The notes below the pieces were generated by a model, which was not told where the DNA came from, searched no databases, and saw only the letters and a list, made by a program, of their open reading frames with translations. This document shows, in pieces, positions 25,760 through 37,310 of a DNA stretch of 64,000 nt. Made by a program: the position numbers and the translations under genes. Position 1 is the stretch's first letter. Each line of letters opens with the position of its first letter. This stretch comes from Saprolegnia diclina VS20 (lineage: Eukaryota). The stretch is from assembly GCF_000281045.1 (NCBI RefSeq), contig NW_008246082.1, forward strand, positions 418,448 through 482,447, written 5' to 3'.

Positions 25760-26483
25760 CTAGCTCCAAATGGACGCGACCGCCGACTCGACGATGCCTT
25801 GAGCCAGTGCTTGGATCTCCTAGGACATGGGTCGTGAAGGATCCAAAGACGACGAGAGAACGTGGATGATGTACATGGTCGCTGGTCGTGGCCGCCAAAT
25901 CGCGGAGGACGCCGAGGGCGTCGTGCTTGAGGAGCACCTTGCAGACGACCGACGTCTTGCTCACGTCGCGCGTGTCGGGCGATTTGAAGTAGCGTAGGAG
26001 CTCGTCGATGGTGGCGAGGGGTTGGCGTAGCGCGGTCGCGTTCGGGCCCTCACGCCGCACAAGCTCTAACATTTCCATCCTACGTCTGCGCATCATGACG
26101 CTAGGAGCTACCGAGGATGGCCTTGACTTCGCACGCGCCGTCGCCATCGAGATCGGCCGCCGGAACCGCGTCGGCATGGTCCAGTCGATGCACGCTCGTG
26201 GCCTTGCCTACGCGAGTCCTCTCTTTCCTGCTCGCAGAGTCAAGTTGAACGTACGCACGGCGTCGATCTCGCGGTCGATTTCGCGCAGCGAGCAGCGGTG
26301 CTGGAGCGAATCGAGGTCGTCCAAGAGCGTGTGCGTGCTGCAGCCAGGCGGGTTGGGGTCGTGCGGACGCAGCACAACGAGCCACGTCAGCGTCGTCGCC
26401 ACGACAAGGAGGCCCGCGCAGAGGACGCCCACGACGTGCGTCGCCGGCACGTCGGCCAGCGCCGCCTCCAACATCGCTTCCAT
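25760..26483 (-). CDS. Hypothetical protein with N-terminal TM helix, multi-exon
   Basis: MEAMLEAA...VVGVLCAGLLVVATTLTWLVVL, then spliced exons ending AVASIWS*. Confidence 0.6.
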
Positions 26484-26568
26484 CGGATCGACTGTTTCAG
26501 AACGATAGTAGATTCAGCTAGTTCGATAAACCTAGCCCTTGGGCCATACCAACAAACCAAGTACGAGG

Positions 26569-29389
26569 TTATGTAGACAGTGTCAAGTCTCTAGAGATCA
26601 CTAGTGGCGGACGACGGCCTCGAGCGCGCGAAGGACGCTGTGCACCTACGCCGACTGTCACCACATTTGCCATAAACCAAGTGTCGACTACCAGCTCGGT
26701 GGGGCACGTCGCACTGGCTTGCGCGACCAGCGTCTCTTCCAGCGTGTCGAGCCGGCTATGCAGCCGCAGTAGCGAGGTGTGTACGGCGCGGAGGCAGTAG
26801 AGCGTGTAGAGCACGAGAAGCCCGAGTACAATCATTGGGAGCGGCGAGGCCCTCGGCGATGCGACCTGCGTCGGTGCGGCTTTCTCCACCGGCGCCATCT
26901 CCTCTGCCGCCACGCAACTCGTGCTACGACTTGTGCTAGAGTTGCTGTCTGTCGGCTAGCCAATTTGGCACGTGAGGGTGCGCGGTGGAGTTGACGTGGG
27001 AGCAAGTACGTACCATGTCCGACGTGGGCGAGGCCACGGGCGGAGCAGTCGAGCCGGACGCGGCTTGTCGTAGCGCCGTATTGCCATGGCTGGCCCTATT
27101 TTTTGAGAAAAATAGTCGAAAATGCGTGCGAACGCAGGATCGAACCAGGTCTCGAACGCTTCCTTCGACTCGGAAATGGTCGACGAGACGATTTGAGACT
27201 TGAACCACGTCGACTTGAGAAAGTGGATCACGAGGCCCACTTGAGCGTGCGTGAACTTCTTGCCGTCCCGCGTAAAGACCCAGCGCGTCTCAATCTCAAA
27301 GTAATCTGAAAACGGAATTTTGTTCATGCGCAGCACGTCGGCGATAATGAGGCGGCTCCAGCTCTTCCCGTCCCCTAGTCGCCGTGCGTCTAGTATACCG
27401 TTCAGAGGCAGCGAGCGTACCTTGATGGCGGTACAGCTGGTGGCGCACGCACTCGGCGTACGGGGGCAGTCCCGGGAAGGACACTTTGGGCGGGTGCTTG
27501 GACTCGACGCGGCGGTAGTGCGTAAACGTCTCGGTCGAGATCTTGAAGCCCGACGTAACCTCTTTCGGTGTGTCGGACGTCAAGAGCTGCCACCCTAATT
27601 TGAAGATTGGGAAAAGTATCAGGGTATCAAGCGGCGTACCGCCAACGCTGATATCAATGTCTTTGGTCGACACCATCACGTTGGAGTAAAACGTTTGGCC
27701 GAGACCGTTGGCGAAGAGCGTGTCAAAGACGTCATGGACGTTGCCTGGCATTTCGCAGTCGAGAACGCCTGTCATGCCCACTAAACAAAAAGAAATAAAA
27801 AGAAATAAAAAACAAATCGGCGAGGATCGAAGTGCGTACAAAGGGCTTCGTCGGGGGCGAGCGGTACGAAATCGTCGTCGTCGCCGTTCTTGGGGCTCGT
27901 CACGTTGCTACAGAGCGTTCGTATTCGAGCGGATACAAACTGGCAAGTGACGCACCTTGGCTTCTTTGTGAGCTTCATCGACTTGCGGCGCTGGGATGCC
28001 ATCTCCTTGAGCGCTTCCGGACTCACATCGCTGTCTACAGTACAAAATAGAGTGCCATCGTCATCGCATGTACGGCGGCGAACCCCGGCTCTGTTGCTGG
28101 CGGTGGGCCAAAATGAGCTGGTCGAGACGCACAAAGCACATGTCCCTACGAGACGCTTACGTCCAAACTAAACACGATAGGGTAGCGTACCGGAGGCCGT
28201 TGAACTCGGCAAAGAACCATGTTTTGTCCTTGGTTTTGAGCTGGAGGGCATTGATAAAGTAGAATTCGGGTTTGACGACGGCCGTAATGTCGGAATACGA
28301 GATCAAAATCGGTGTTTCCGACGACCGATAAGCCTAGTGCATAACTTTAATAGCAGTCGCCAGTCACTGACGTTGTACCGCAAACGCCACGTAGTCGCGC
28401 GTCAAGAACAAGTGCCCGTAGAAAGGCCGAATCTCGGGAAAGTAGCAGCACGTAAAGATAACGACTGGCGACTAAATAATACCAACACATTCTGGCTTCC
28501 GCAAGCGCCGAATATCAAGGTATCAAGAACCTGCGCGTCGGGCAACTCAAACTTGGCGAGAAAGTCCGACTGCGTCATGGGCGATAGGCCGTTCCACGTC
28601 GCGTGGGGCGTCTGCGCCTGCGCTTGAAACTCGCGAATGCGCACGCAGCAGCAGTCACAGACGCGAAATTCGCCCTTGTGCGTCTACAGCCACGATGAGT
28701 CGTCGTCGTCACGGTGTGTATAAAGAGCAACGAGCGCTTCAAAGGGCACGACCGACGTCTTGGACGAGCACGCTTGGCAGAACGTACCGCCGCAGTTGCG
28801 GCAGTGGTGGCGGCTCTTCCCGAGGAGCGTACCGACCTCCTCTATGCACATGCCATCGATACTACGACACTCGATGTTGAAGCCGCACCTTTGCAGTTTT
28901 CGCAGATCGTGAGGTTGGCAAAGGCAGGCGGCAGCAGCGGTGGGCTAAAGAAGACGCTCGTGCCAACGTTGCCATGCAGCCTATCGCGACGAAAAGTTGC
29001 GTGTGCGACCATGGCGGCGGTGGCTCGTAGTAGTACCCGATATCGGCCGACGCCTTGCGCTCGCTGGGTGTGGTCGGGAGCGGTGGCCCGGCCGGGCGCG
29101 CGATCGCCATGATAGAAGCGGCAAGGTTGTTGATGCTCGTCTTCATCGCAGGCGGCATGGTTGCAATCGGTGGCGGCGATGATCGTGGCCCGATCTCGGG
29201 CGACGACGACGACCGGGGCATGCTCTCGTGCTTGGGCGAGCCACTGTGGCCTTCCGAGTCCGAGACTGCATGGACGTCCTCGTCGTTCTCGTCGTTCTCC
29301 GAGTCGTCGTCGTCGAAGCTCGCGTTGTGGTCCTCGCTGTGCATGAGCGTGCGCTCGTCGGCTTGCGGTAGACGCTTCGGGACCTCCAT
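26569..29389 (-). CDS. FYVE + GRAM + VASt (StARkin) + C-terminal TM lipid-transfer protein, multi-exon; 3' end approximate
   Basis: FYVE: CENCK...SRHHCRNCGGTFCQACS...RVCDCC. GRAM: PFYGHLFLTRDYVAF...ISYSDITAVVK. VASt: IPFSDYFEIETRW...FLKSTWFKSQIVS. TM: MIVLGLLVLYTLYCL plus coiled coil. Confidence 0.8.
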
Positions 29390-29814
29390 TACTGCAGCTT
29401 CTCCCAATGCGAAAATGCAGCCTTGAAGTTGCCGTTGGACTCGCGTGGCATTCTATTACTTGGTGTTTGTATGCAATATAAAACGAACGCGAATGATCAG
29501 GTTAAAATCGTGGCGGCTTGACACAGAGACACGATGGACCCATGCTTGCGCGACCCCAAGGGCGGCAGCAATCATCGACGTCCTCCATCGTCGTCGCCAT
29601 GTCCGAGAAGCGCCATGGACGGCGATCGAGGTGCGTTAACAGATGAGAGTGCTTGCATGCAGCTGCCGGTTGGATCTTCTTTCTGGCTTCTTGGGAAGTA
29701 CCCGTCGAGAGTAGTCGTCGTGGTACCTGCGATCAAAATGAAGCGGTCTCTACGGTGCATATATATGTATCTCGGGTCTACGTCTACGTCTACTAGCGTG
29801 CGGCGAAGGATGCT

Positions 29815-30798
29815 CTACTCGTCCTTCTTGGCCGCCGCCTCCTTTTCGGCAGCCTCCTCGGCGAGCTGCTGCTCCATGAGGTCCTTGACCTTGGCGTCGG
29901 CCGTGAGCGCGTGCATGAGAATGCGCTGGACGATCATCGCCGAGCCGACGTCGAGACCGGCCGAGAGCTCGGCAAAGTCGCGCTCGCCTTCCCAGATCTG
30001 GTGCGTCGCGTCCACAATCTTGTAGCCGCCACGGCGCTCGAGCTCGTTGAGGCCGTTGATGTGGCCGTCTTCGCCGTCTTCCTTGGTGTACAGGTCGTAG
30101 ATCTCGGCGTACTCTTCGTGGTGCGCCATGTACGGCACCGCGGCGACGATCTCAAAGATATCGTTGAGCTCTTCCAGTACACGCTCGATGGACGTGTCGT
30201 TCTCCGGCGTCGAGCGCGGCGTCTCGACAAAGGCCGGCGCGACCGGCTCGGGCGCAGGCTTGGCGACCGGCGCGTCCGTGTCGTACTGTTCGTTCGAGTT
30301 GACCTTATGGTCCGTCGTGAGGCCCCAGCTGCCCTTACTCCACTCAAACACGCGCGGCCAGCCGCACTCTTCAAAGAACGACCCGAGCTGCGTCTCCATG
30401 AGCGTCACGCACGAGCCGCCGGTCGTCTTGAGGTTGAGTGTCACCTTCTTAAACTCACCCGAGACGGGCGTCGTGAGGTAGAAGGGCAGGCTGAGCTTCT
30501 TCGCCGGCGGGAACTCACCGCTCGTGTTCTCAACCGCATCCAGAATGCCCATGAGCTCCTTGTACGACTCGGTGTTGGAATGCTGCTCGGCGGGAAACTG
30601 GCCAAACAAGTCGGGGTGCGTACGCATGTACAGCTTGCGCAAGGTTTCCTTGAGCGGCGGGATGCGCTCGGCCTTCTTCTTGCTGTCGCGGAGGGCCTTG
30701 CGGCGCATGGCGCGCTCGCTCATCTTGGCCATGCCCCGGATCGGCATGGCCGGGGCGACAAACGTGGTCAGGCGCTGGAGCAACGACGACATCGACAT
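29815..30798 (-). CDS. Putative mitochondrial DUF4460 (TCAIM-like, J-domain-related HPD) protein, intronless
   Basis: Arg/Ser-rich presequence-like N-terminus; LRKLYMRTHPDLFGQFPAEQHSN resembles the DUF4460 signature. Confidence 0.7.
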   Translation of the reverse strand: MSMSSLLQRLTTFVAPAMPIRGMAKMSERAMRRKALRDSKKKAERIPPLKETLRKLYMRTHPDLFGQFPAEQHSNTESYKELMGILDAVENTSGEFPPAKKLSLPFYLTTPVSGEFKKVTLNLKTTGGSCVTLMETQLGSFFEECGWPRVFEWSKGSWGLTTDHKVNSNEQYDTDAPVAKPAPEPVAPAFVETPRSTPENDTSIERVLEELNDIFEIVAAVPYMAHHEEYAEIYDLYTKEDGEDGHINGLNELERRGGYKIVDATHQIWEGERDFAELSAGLDVGSAMIVQRILMHALTADAKVKDLMEQQLAEEAAEKEAAAKKDE

Positions 30799-31756
30799 GG
30801 TTGGATCGCTTGCAATTTGCTTGGATGGCCAGTCAACGACTCATCCGGATACGCCCTGAAACTCAATGCCAAAGTCCGTTGAGTTGAGCTTTCGGATACG
30901 CCGTCGAGCGGACGTGCCAATCGGCAACCTCGGAATTTTGGCATTGGATTCGGCGATAAAAAAACATCGACTAACGAAACGAGCGACTAAAGTTGACGTC
31001 GCCACGTCGGCGGTGCCCACTGCTGACGACCGCCTTTGTGCGCGTGCCGCCTCTATGCAAACAAGTACGATCGAGCAGTTTAGTACACTGTAGTTGTCCC
31101 AAGCGACTAGAACAATGAGGTCAGCGTCGTCAGCCTCAATGTTTCTTCGACTATTCCAGAAGTACAGGCAGGCGTCCAGAGCCGCGAACCCCAGACGCCA
31201 GTCGCGGGCACAGAGCCAAGCCACTTGCATTTGGCTCGCGAAGTAATCGCCTTTCAAAGGCGCGACACGACTTGCGTCGACGAAACCGTACAACTGCGAC
31301 GTGAGCCCTTCTTTACCTACCCGCGCTGTCGCTGGCGACGGAGGGGTTGTCTTCGTCTGTCTTCAAAGAGTCGTCGTCGGTGGCCTGCAGCTGCCCCCCC
31401 CCGCGGTGTCACGAACCTGTACCGTTTGGGGACCAATCAGTGCAGTTGGCGCAACCGCGAGGCCCGGCGGCTTCGCCGCCACAAGGGCGCCAAGATGCTA
31501 CACGGGCAGGCGAGGCTAGAAGGTTGGAGGCTGGACAGCAAGAAGACACGATGAAAGTAGTAGAAAGGAGTTGACATTAAGGGGGTCTCCTATTCCTGTT
31601 GTAGGAAGCCTCGAGGCGATATAAAATTAAGAAATAAATAACTAGTCACAATATGTACGGCGAGCTTGAGAGAAGGCATTCGCGTCCATGTCTTCAATAT
31701 TCGCGGGCAACGCGCGTGAGGTTGCCGCAGTGAATCGGTTCGGTTGGATGTCCAGC

Positions 31757-32269
31757 TTAGACACGCACGAGCTTGGTCGAGCGGAACGGCTGGTTGAGCA
31801 GCTCGAGCTTGCGCTTGCCATCGCGCTTGTAGTCGAACGAGCAGTTGTGCATTTCAGGGTACCGGTGGCTGTGGCAAAACGTGTACCCGCACTTGCACGA
31901 GATGGGCGCGAGCGCGAGGCGGCTACGGCACGTCCAGCACTTGCGCTTGTTGGCCTGGTGCGGCGTCGTCGCCTTCTTCGCCTCGACAACAACGCTCGGC
32001 GTCACGACGGGCTCGTTCATGCGCACATGGAGGCGCGGCAGCACCTCGTCGTAGCCGTAGAAAGGTTTGTCGGCGCTCAGGGCGTCGAGCATCCAGCGGT
32101 CGTCACGCTTGGGGTCGACACCGGGCGCCTCCATCGAGCCGACGTCAAGGCGCAGGCCCGTGGCCGCGAGCTCGCGCTTCTTCTCTTCGCCATCCACGTA
32201 GACGCGGAGCACTTCGAAGAGCAGGTCCCTGTCCATCGCCGGGTATATCGGCGGCGGCGGCTGCTTCAT
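31757..32269 (-). CDS. AN1-type zinc finger protein
   Basis: C-terminal CWTCRSRL...CKCGYTFCHSHRYPEMHNCSFDYK. Start placed at MKQPPPP. Confidence 0.85.
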   Translation of the reverse strand: MKQPPPPIYPAMDRDLLFEVLRVYVDGEEKKRELAATGLRLDVGSMEAPGVDPKRDDRWMLDALSADKPFYGYDEVLPRLHVRMNEPVVTPSVVVEAKKATTPHQANKRKCWTCRSRLALAPISCKCGYTFCHSHRYPEMHNCSFDYKRDGKRKLELLNQPFRSTKLVRV

Positions 32270-33489
32270 AGTTGAGTCGGCGGGCGTTCTTTGTGTGTGG
32301 GATTTCACAACTGACTGCAAGTTGAAACTAGATCGCAGCATCCGGATAAACCCCGTGAAGTCTCGTATTCGATTTTTCAATTGACTTCCGAACGAAGAAA
32401 GAAGAAAACGCGCGGTCATTGGTGCCGAGCTTGAAGTTACTCACAGAAACGGCCGGCGCGCATTATCCGGATAGCCCCGCGGATTCGCTCCTGCGCGCGT
32501 GACAGATGCCTGGAGAGTGGTATTATCCGGATACGAGTCATTCGGCGCGAACGAAGATGACACGCATCATCGCCTGCTGGCCATCAGTTCGTGGTCGTGC
32601 GGCCCGTGGCCATCGCTTCGGCCATCATCGTGCTTGGTACAGTGCGACACGAACTCAGGTGTGCGTACTTTTCGGGCCCGTTCGCATAGTATGCTAGTTA
32701 GCGCCTTGTGCTCGGCCTCGCCGACGACGCGCCCAAGAAGACACGTCAAACGACGGAAGAGTCGGAGCCCGCAACTGCGCGCTGGCGCCAGCAAGAATGA
32801 AGGTGCGCGAGACATATGCCAAGCGCGAAAATGGTCGACTGCGACGAGGGCTCCTCTCGACAAAGACGACGGCGCTGTTCGTGGCGCGGGACCTTCATCG
32901 ATGCGAATGGACGTACACCCGAACGAAGTGAGTGGCGCGCACGGCGTGGACTTCGCATATACCCCTGTCGCACTGACGCCACCTGTTCCCACATGAACTT
33001 TACAAGGTGCACTTTCCGCCGCCGTGTCGTATCCGGATGACTGGCGTTATCCTGCATTGATTGCGCACCGACCGACGGCTTCGGCGCCGTCGCGATTGCC
33101 GCAGCTCAGCGCCCGTCAACCAGACTCTTCTACTGTACGTATCGGACGCATCATGAGTCCATTAAATCGTCTTGTGGCGTGCAGTATGACGATGGAGAAG
33201 CGTCTTCCTCGACAGCCTCAATGCGGCCATTGTGCTCGGAAAGGGCGCCGCAAAGGGCGCTGATCATGGGGGTTGCAGCGTCCCACCAACATGAAGGCGA
33301 AAACGAACGAAGAAATATTACGAAATATATTCTTTTTTGCATTTTATTTTGTGCGGTTTCCAGAAGGAAAAAGCACCGAAGCTGCCTCGAATAAAATAAA
33401 GTATACAAAACGGAGGTAGTTTGGTCGGCCCGTTCGGAGAAAGAAGAGGCCAGTCCCACACGCCCTCCGTCGTCTTCTGCTGGTAGACC

Positions 33490-34464
33490 ATGACGACGAC
33501 CGACAGCGCGACCAAGATCGCCGAGGCCCAAGGCCTCTTCGCCCGCGTCGTCAAGGCCGAGATGGACATGCTCCTCGAGACGGACATCCCGCGGGAGGTC
33601 GCGGTCAAGATCCTGCTCCAGCGCATCGTCGAGGAGATGGTCGAGCCCACGGATGCCGAGGTCCGCAAGGTCATGGGACAGTTCCGCATCAACCGCGACG
33701 ATGCGATCCGCGCGCTCATCGTCAAGCAAGAGCTTGGCCGACTCAAGCAGCGCGGCCTCGACTCGCTCGCGGCGATCGAGGAGCTCACGCTCAAAATGCA
33801 GCGACTCCTGCCGCTGGCCCCGGTCGTCGCGCACGACGACAATGACGTGAAAGAAGACATTGATCACGACATGCTCGCGACGGCGCCCGTAGCGTCGCCA
33901 ACCGACGCCGAAAACGAGACGGGCGCCCATCCGTCGCTAGTGTTCCATGCGGTCGACGCGTGCCCGTCGCCGGACAGTGCCCAGCACAAGCGCAAGAAGA
34001 GCCTGTCACCCCGCCCTGTCTCGTCCACTGCCCGCGTCGCTAGCCCCGAGCACGAGACGGAGGCATGTGCATCTCCGTCTTGGCGTGAAGCGTCTCTCTG
34101 CCAACAGATTGGTAACGTGCGCATCTCGTCGACCTCTCCGTCCAAGGAATCCGAGTCGACTGCTGCAGCGATTGTCGACAGCCCGCTCGTCAAGGTATCG
34201 CGAAAGCGTCGCATGCCCACAGACGCAGACGTTGACCACCGGTCGTCGAGCGGGAAAGGTCGTTTCGGCAAGAGCAAAAAGGCGCGGCTCGACGTTGACA
34301 GTAAGCTCAAGGCCCAGGTCGAGAGCAAGCTCAAGGCGCAAGCCGGCGATGCGTTTGTCCTTGTCAAGACACCAACCAAGGCGCTAAAGCGGTCGCGGCC
34401 CAAAGAAGCCGCGACCACCGACGCACCGTACTGCGCCAAGAAGGCCCGATCCGAAGCGTCCTAG
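33490..34464 (+). CDS. Hypothetical protein (helical/UBA-like N-terminus, basic low-complexity C-terminus with NLS-like clusters)
   Basis: 324-aa ORF with strong codon bias; HKRKK, RKRR and KKAR clusters. Confidence 0.7.
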   Translation: MTTTDSATKIAEAQGLFARVVKAEMDMLLETDIPREVAVKILLQRIVEEMVEPTDAEVRKVMGQFRINRDDAIRALIVKQELGRLKQRGLDSLAAIEELTLKMQRLLPLAPVVAHDDNDVKEDIDHDMLATAPVASPTDAENETGAHPSLVFHAVDACPSPDSAQHKRKKSLSPRPVSSTARVASPEHETEACASPSWREASLCQQIGNVRISSTSPSKESESTAAAIVDSPLVKVSRKRRMPTDADVDHRSSSGKGRFGKSKKARLDVDSKLKAQVESKLKAQAGDAFVLVKTPTKALKRSRPKEAATTDAPYCAKKARSEAS

Positions 34465-34565
34465 TCGAATAAGGCGTGTCCCTATGTGTTTGCTAACTTT
34501 ATATATATTAAGATACCGTCGTGCTCGACTCTCGACGACAGCTATGACAACATGTACACATACGG

Positions 34566-35372
34566 CTAATGATGTGGCAGCGGCGCCGCCCCCGGCGTCG
34601 TGAGCCGGTGGTAATGGTACGTGTCTTCGAAGCGGATGCGGAGCGGGTTCCGGTCCGTGTGGAGGGACGTGCCGAGGGGTCCGATCTGGACGCCGCGCAC
34701 CTTGTACTCGAGGTAGTTGAGCACATGGAGGATGCTGTCGAAGGGCCGGTCGATTGGGTCCCAATTTGCGCCTTCAAACTGGAACCACGAGTGCTTCTCG
34801 GCGGTGACGCCTGTGAGGAGCGTCTCGAGGAGCGGACCTTGGGGCACCGCGTACTGCGACACGATCGAGGCGTGCGACGAGATGCGCGTGTATGTTGTCG
34901 CGGTGATGTTGCGGAAGAGCTCGTAGTAGGCGCCTTGGTCGTTCTCGACGATCACATGCGCGCCTTTGACGATCTCCATGAGCACCTTGGAGTGTTTGTT
35001 GAGCAGCTGCGTGTACAGCGTCGCGAGGATGATGCGCTCGACGTCGATCGTGGCCACGTTGCGGGCCGGCGCAATGGTCATGTCGACAAGGCCAGTACGA
35101 TCTTCCGTCGGCACATAGTACTCGGCAGTCAGCATCGTGTTCATGAGCGAGTAGAGCGTCGACTCGAGCGTCATGCGCTGGAGCGCCGAGAAGAGAATGA
35201 GCGCGGACGCGACGACAATGGTCGAGAGCAGGTAGAAGAGCAGCTTGAGGCTGCCGTGGTGGTGGTGGTGGCGGCGCCGGCGCGGCTTGGGCGCGGCCTC
35301 TTGCACGGGCGAGACGTCGACCACCAGCGGTGCTACAACGTCGCACGGGCTCGCGTTCGGGCTCGGTGCCAT
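34566..35372 (-). CDS. Membrane-anchored protein with conserved unassigned domain (paralog A)
   Basis: Single N-terminal TM. Shares RISSH, QYAVPQGPLL, SWFQFEGA.WDP and H...YLEY..RGVQ.GPLGTS..TD..PL with 37311-38048. Confidence 0.8.
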   Translation of the reverse strand: MAPSPNASPCDVVAPLVVDVSPVQEAAPKPRRRRHHHHHGSLKLLFYLLSTIVVASALILFSALQRMTLESTLYSLMNTMLTAEYYVPTEDRTGLVDMTIAPARNVATIDVERIILATLYTQLLNKHSKVLMEIVKGAHVIVENDQGAYYELFRNITATTYTRISSHASIVSQYAVPQGPLLETLLTGVTAEKHSWFQFEGANWDPIDRPFDSILHVLNYLEYKVRGVQIGPLGTSLHTDRNPLRIRFEDTYHYHRLTTPGAAPLPHH

Positions 35373-36253
35373 CGTCGCCGGAATTCAGTGCAAGCGGCTG
35401 CAATCGGCCCACTGCCACGCAGTGCGATTGGCTCGTCTGCGCATCAATTTTTTAAACATTTCTATTTTATACGCGTGACCACATCATCTTGCGCTTTGTA
35501 TGTCGCACGCGACCTGTCCCATGGTCCTCTTCCAAGCCGTGTACTATGACTATGGCGTGACGCGCGGCGACCGAGCCCCACGGCCTGCGCTGTACCGAGT
35601 CTGCATGGGCGCTTGATTGCGGCGCGGACAAACAGGTTGCTGCCCGCAGCGGCAACCAGCGTTCTGCCAGGCAACGAGTGGTGAAAGTTGGGTGCAAATA
35701 GCCGATCTTGTAGACAAATAGAAAAAAACACTACATTTTGAAAATGCTATGTCGCGGCTGTGACGTTATGGACGAACGTTATTTCTTCGTTTGGTTCGCA
35801 CCGTTCACTGCATACAGCATACAACGAGGTAGCTGCAGAGTAAGTCTATAAAGGGTATGGACCCTCGCGCATTTTCTGGCTTGAACGCGGTCGCATTGGT
35901 CGTCGATCGCACGTCCATCGGTGCTTGCAGGGAACGCGCTCGTATGGCGGAATATGGCACCACGCGCTGTCTGCGCTGGCAAGATACCTTCGAACTTTGG
36001 TTGAAGTGCGTTTGATTGGTCCTTCAAGCGGCACGGCCGGGAAAAACTTCGATTTGGACCCGCCAAAAAAGATGTGTTGAATATTAATATTGAACATGTC
36101 TCTCAAATACATAGTCAATGCAAGCTACAATTTATTTCAAAGGATAAAAATGCGTATGGACGATCATCTTTGTTCGATATGGATTAAAAAGGGCGTGTGT
36201 TGTTCGTTTGAATCTGTGGGGGGTTGTGGCCGACGCCGCTTGCCATTCCTTCG

Positions 36254-36265
36254 TCATTTCCGAAT
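36254..36265 (+). promoter_or_regulatory. Oomycete INR/FPR-like core promoter element
   Basis: TCATTTCCGAAT ending 11 bp upstream of ATG 36277. Confidence 0.5.
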
Positions 36266-36276
36266 CCGCGCCGACC

Positions 36277-37161
36277 ATGAACAAGCTGCTCCTCGGACTC
36301 TACCTCCTCATGACGCTGGTCGCCATGGCCATGGCCGACCTCAACAAGACGGAGATCGCCGACGCCGGCAAGGACGGCGTCCACGCGCTCAACAAGACGC
36401 TCGGCGACCTCAACCAGACCGCGGCCGTCATTGACAAGCACATTGACGACTTCTTTGACATCTCGAACGCCGACACGACCGAGAAGGTGTGGAAGTCGGC
36501 GATCGTCCTCGCCATTGGTGCGGCGGGCTTTGTCGTCGGCGTCTTTGGCTACAAGCTCGTCAAGCCCGTGACGTTCATCTGCGGCTTTGGCGTCGCCGGT
36601 GTCTTTTGCCAGGCTGTCTTCTCGGCGCTCATCGCTGGCAAGGCCGTGCCCATCATTGCGTTCATCCTCGGCGGTCTCATCGGCGGTGCGCTCAGCGTCT
36701 ACTTTTACCGCGCCGGTGTCTTCATCGTGGGCATCTTTGGCGGCATGGCGCTTGGCTTTGAGCTCTCGCAAATCGCGGGCGCGGGCAACACGGTCACCAT
36801 CATCCTCGTGGTTGTCTCGGCGCTCGTTGTCGCCGGCCTCGTCCTCTACCTCGAGAAGCCGGTCATGATCATCTCGAGCTCGTTCTCGGGCGCGGCCATC
36901 GTCATCCGCGTCATTGGCTTCTTCGCCGGCAACTACCCGACGGGCACGGACTTTGCGAGCGAGACGGAGGCAGTCAAGAAGGCGTTCTGGTTCTACTTTG
37001 CCGGTCTTATCGTGCTCACGATCATCTACTCGATCGTCCAGTACCGCGTGACGGCCGTCGGCATCGACTATGGCCTCGGCAAGGACGCCAAGAAGGACGC
37101 CGAGAAGGCGCAGAAGGCCGCGCAGCCCAAGACGGGCACGCAGCCCGTCAACATGGTCTAA
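36277..37161 (+). CDS. Multi-pass membrane protein with signal peptide, DUF4203/TMEM198-like (paralog of 4628-5470)
   Basis: Signal peptide MNKLLLGLYLLMTLVAMAMA; FGYKLVKP, YLEKPVMIISSSFSGA, GNYPTG; ~7 TM helices. Confidence 0.8.
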   Translation: MNKLLLGLYLLMTLVAMAMADLNKTEIADAGKDGVHALNKTLGDLNQTAAVIDKHIDDFFDISNADTTEKVWKSAIVLAIGAAGFVVGVFGYKLVKPVTFICGFGVAGVFCQAVFSALIAGKAVPIIAFILGGLIGGALSVYFYRAGVFIVGIFGGMALGFELSQIAGAGNTVTIILVVVSALVVAGLVLYLEKPVMIISSSFSGAAIVIRVIGFFAGNYPTGTDFASETEAVKKAFWFYFAGLIVLTIIYSIVQYRVTAVGIDYGLGKDAKKDAEKAQKAAQPKTGTQPVNMV

Positions 37162-37310
37162 AGCCATCCATTCCGTTTTGACGTCTTTTGCTAATCACTG
37201 TAATGAACGCAGCTCTCTACTACGACTGACCACTAGTCTCTCTCGAGTCGTTTTGACGCGGTCGGAGGTGCGCCAGACAAATCGATGAACCGATCGCTCG
37301 CCAGAGTCGC

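Noticed and set aside
32500..33300. Possible small gene between the divergent AN1 and 33490 genes
   Set aside because: I could not build a consistent spliced frame; the region carries promoter-type motifs
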